A DNA stretch of 64,000 nucleotides, from positions 27,652,001 to 27,716,000 of the forward strand of contig NC_082722.1 of the NCBI RefSeq assembly GCF_030144855.1. Reading direction: 5' to 3'. A program made the position numbers and the translations under genes. The notes below the pieces were generated by a model. The model had not been told where the DNA came from and did no database searches. It worked only from the letters and a program-made list of their open reading frames with translations. This document shows, in pieces, positions 63,430 through 64,000 of this stretch; position 1 is the first letter of the stretch, and each line of letters starts with the position of its first letter. Origin of the DNA: Hypanus sabinus. Taxonomy: Eukaryota.

Positions 63430-64000
63430 ACAGTTCGGAATCCGAATCAGGTTTCTCATCACCGGCATGTGTCCTGATGTTTGTGAGTTTAGCAGCGGCA
63501 GTTCAATGCAATACATAATGCAGATAACCAAAAAATAAATAAATAAATAAAATCGACATATGAATCTATTAGAGTATATGTATATTAGATAGATTAAAAA
63601 GATGCAAAAACAAAAAAAATAATATGTATTTACAAAGTGGTAGTATTCACGGGTTTAATGTCCATTTAGTTCTCCGATGGCAGAGGGGAAGAAGCTGTTC
63701 CTGAATTGCTCAGTGTGCGCCTTCAGGCTTCTGTACCTTATATTTGATGGCAACAGTGAGAGAAGGGCATGCCCTGGGTGTTGCAGTTCTTTAATAATGG
63801 ACGCTGCCTTTCTGAGTCACCGCTCTTTGAAGATGTGCCGAGGACTTTGTAGGCTTATACCCAAGATGCAGCCGACTAAATTTACGACACTCTGCAGCTA
63901 CTTTCGGTTCCGCGCAGTATCCCACCACTCCCACACCCCCATACCAGACAGTGACGCGGTTTGTCAGAATGCTTTCCACAGTACACTTACAGAAGTTTTT
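63430..64000 (-). mobile_element. Rex1/Babar-like LINE 3' fragment
   Basis: ESILTNRVTVWYG motif (ORF 63791-63979) and characteristic 3' UTR. Confidence 0.65.

Noticed and set aside
1-64000. Prokaryotic features (CRISPR, operons), rRNA or true tRNA genes
   Set aside because: The sequence is intron-containing vertebrate DNA; the only A/B-box element is a SINE head.

Overview
Vertebrate genomic DNA, most likely a cartilaginous fish (inferred from the CR1/Penelope repeat style; possibly a ray). It is dominated by decayed retroelements: CR1 and Rex1/Babar LINEs, Penelope-like elements with hammerhead-like termini, solo LTRs, a V-SINE and a hAT element. Hidden among them is a cluster of non-rearranging Ig-superfamily receptor genes with leader-V(J)-C1-TM-cytoplasmic organisation. 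Gene B (minus strand, exons 52490-52436, 52261-51956, 50779-50483, 44496-44395, 42736-42552) splices by GT-AG and phase logic into a 314-aa ORF. It has a compact germline-joined VJ domain, a C1 domain, a TM arginine, and a tail with YxxL and CxC motifs but no ITIM. Genes A (~2.6-18.9 kb, +) and C (~23.2-36.9 kb, +) are damaged paralogues that carry arrays of ITIM/ITSM exons. B and C form an inverted, tail-to-tail duplication, so the layout resembles a paired activating/inhibitory receptor locus. A TSD-flanked MKRN1 processed pseudogene sits inside a CR1 in an intron of gene C and appears to record a RING-less short isoform. All gene models are manual predictions without expression data, and repeat boundaries are approximate unless a TSD is quoted.
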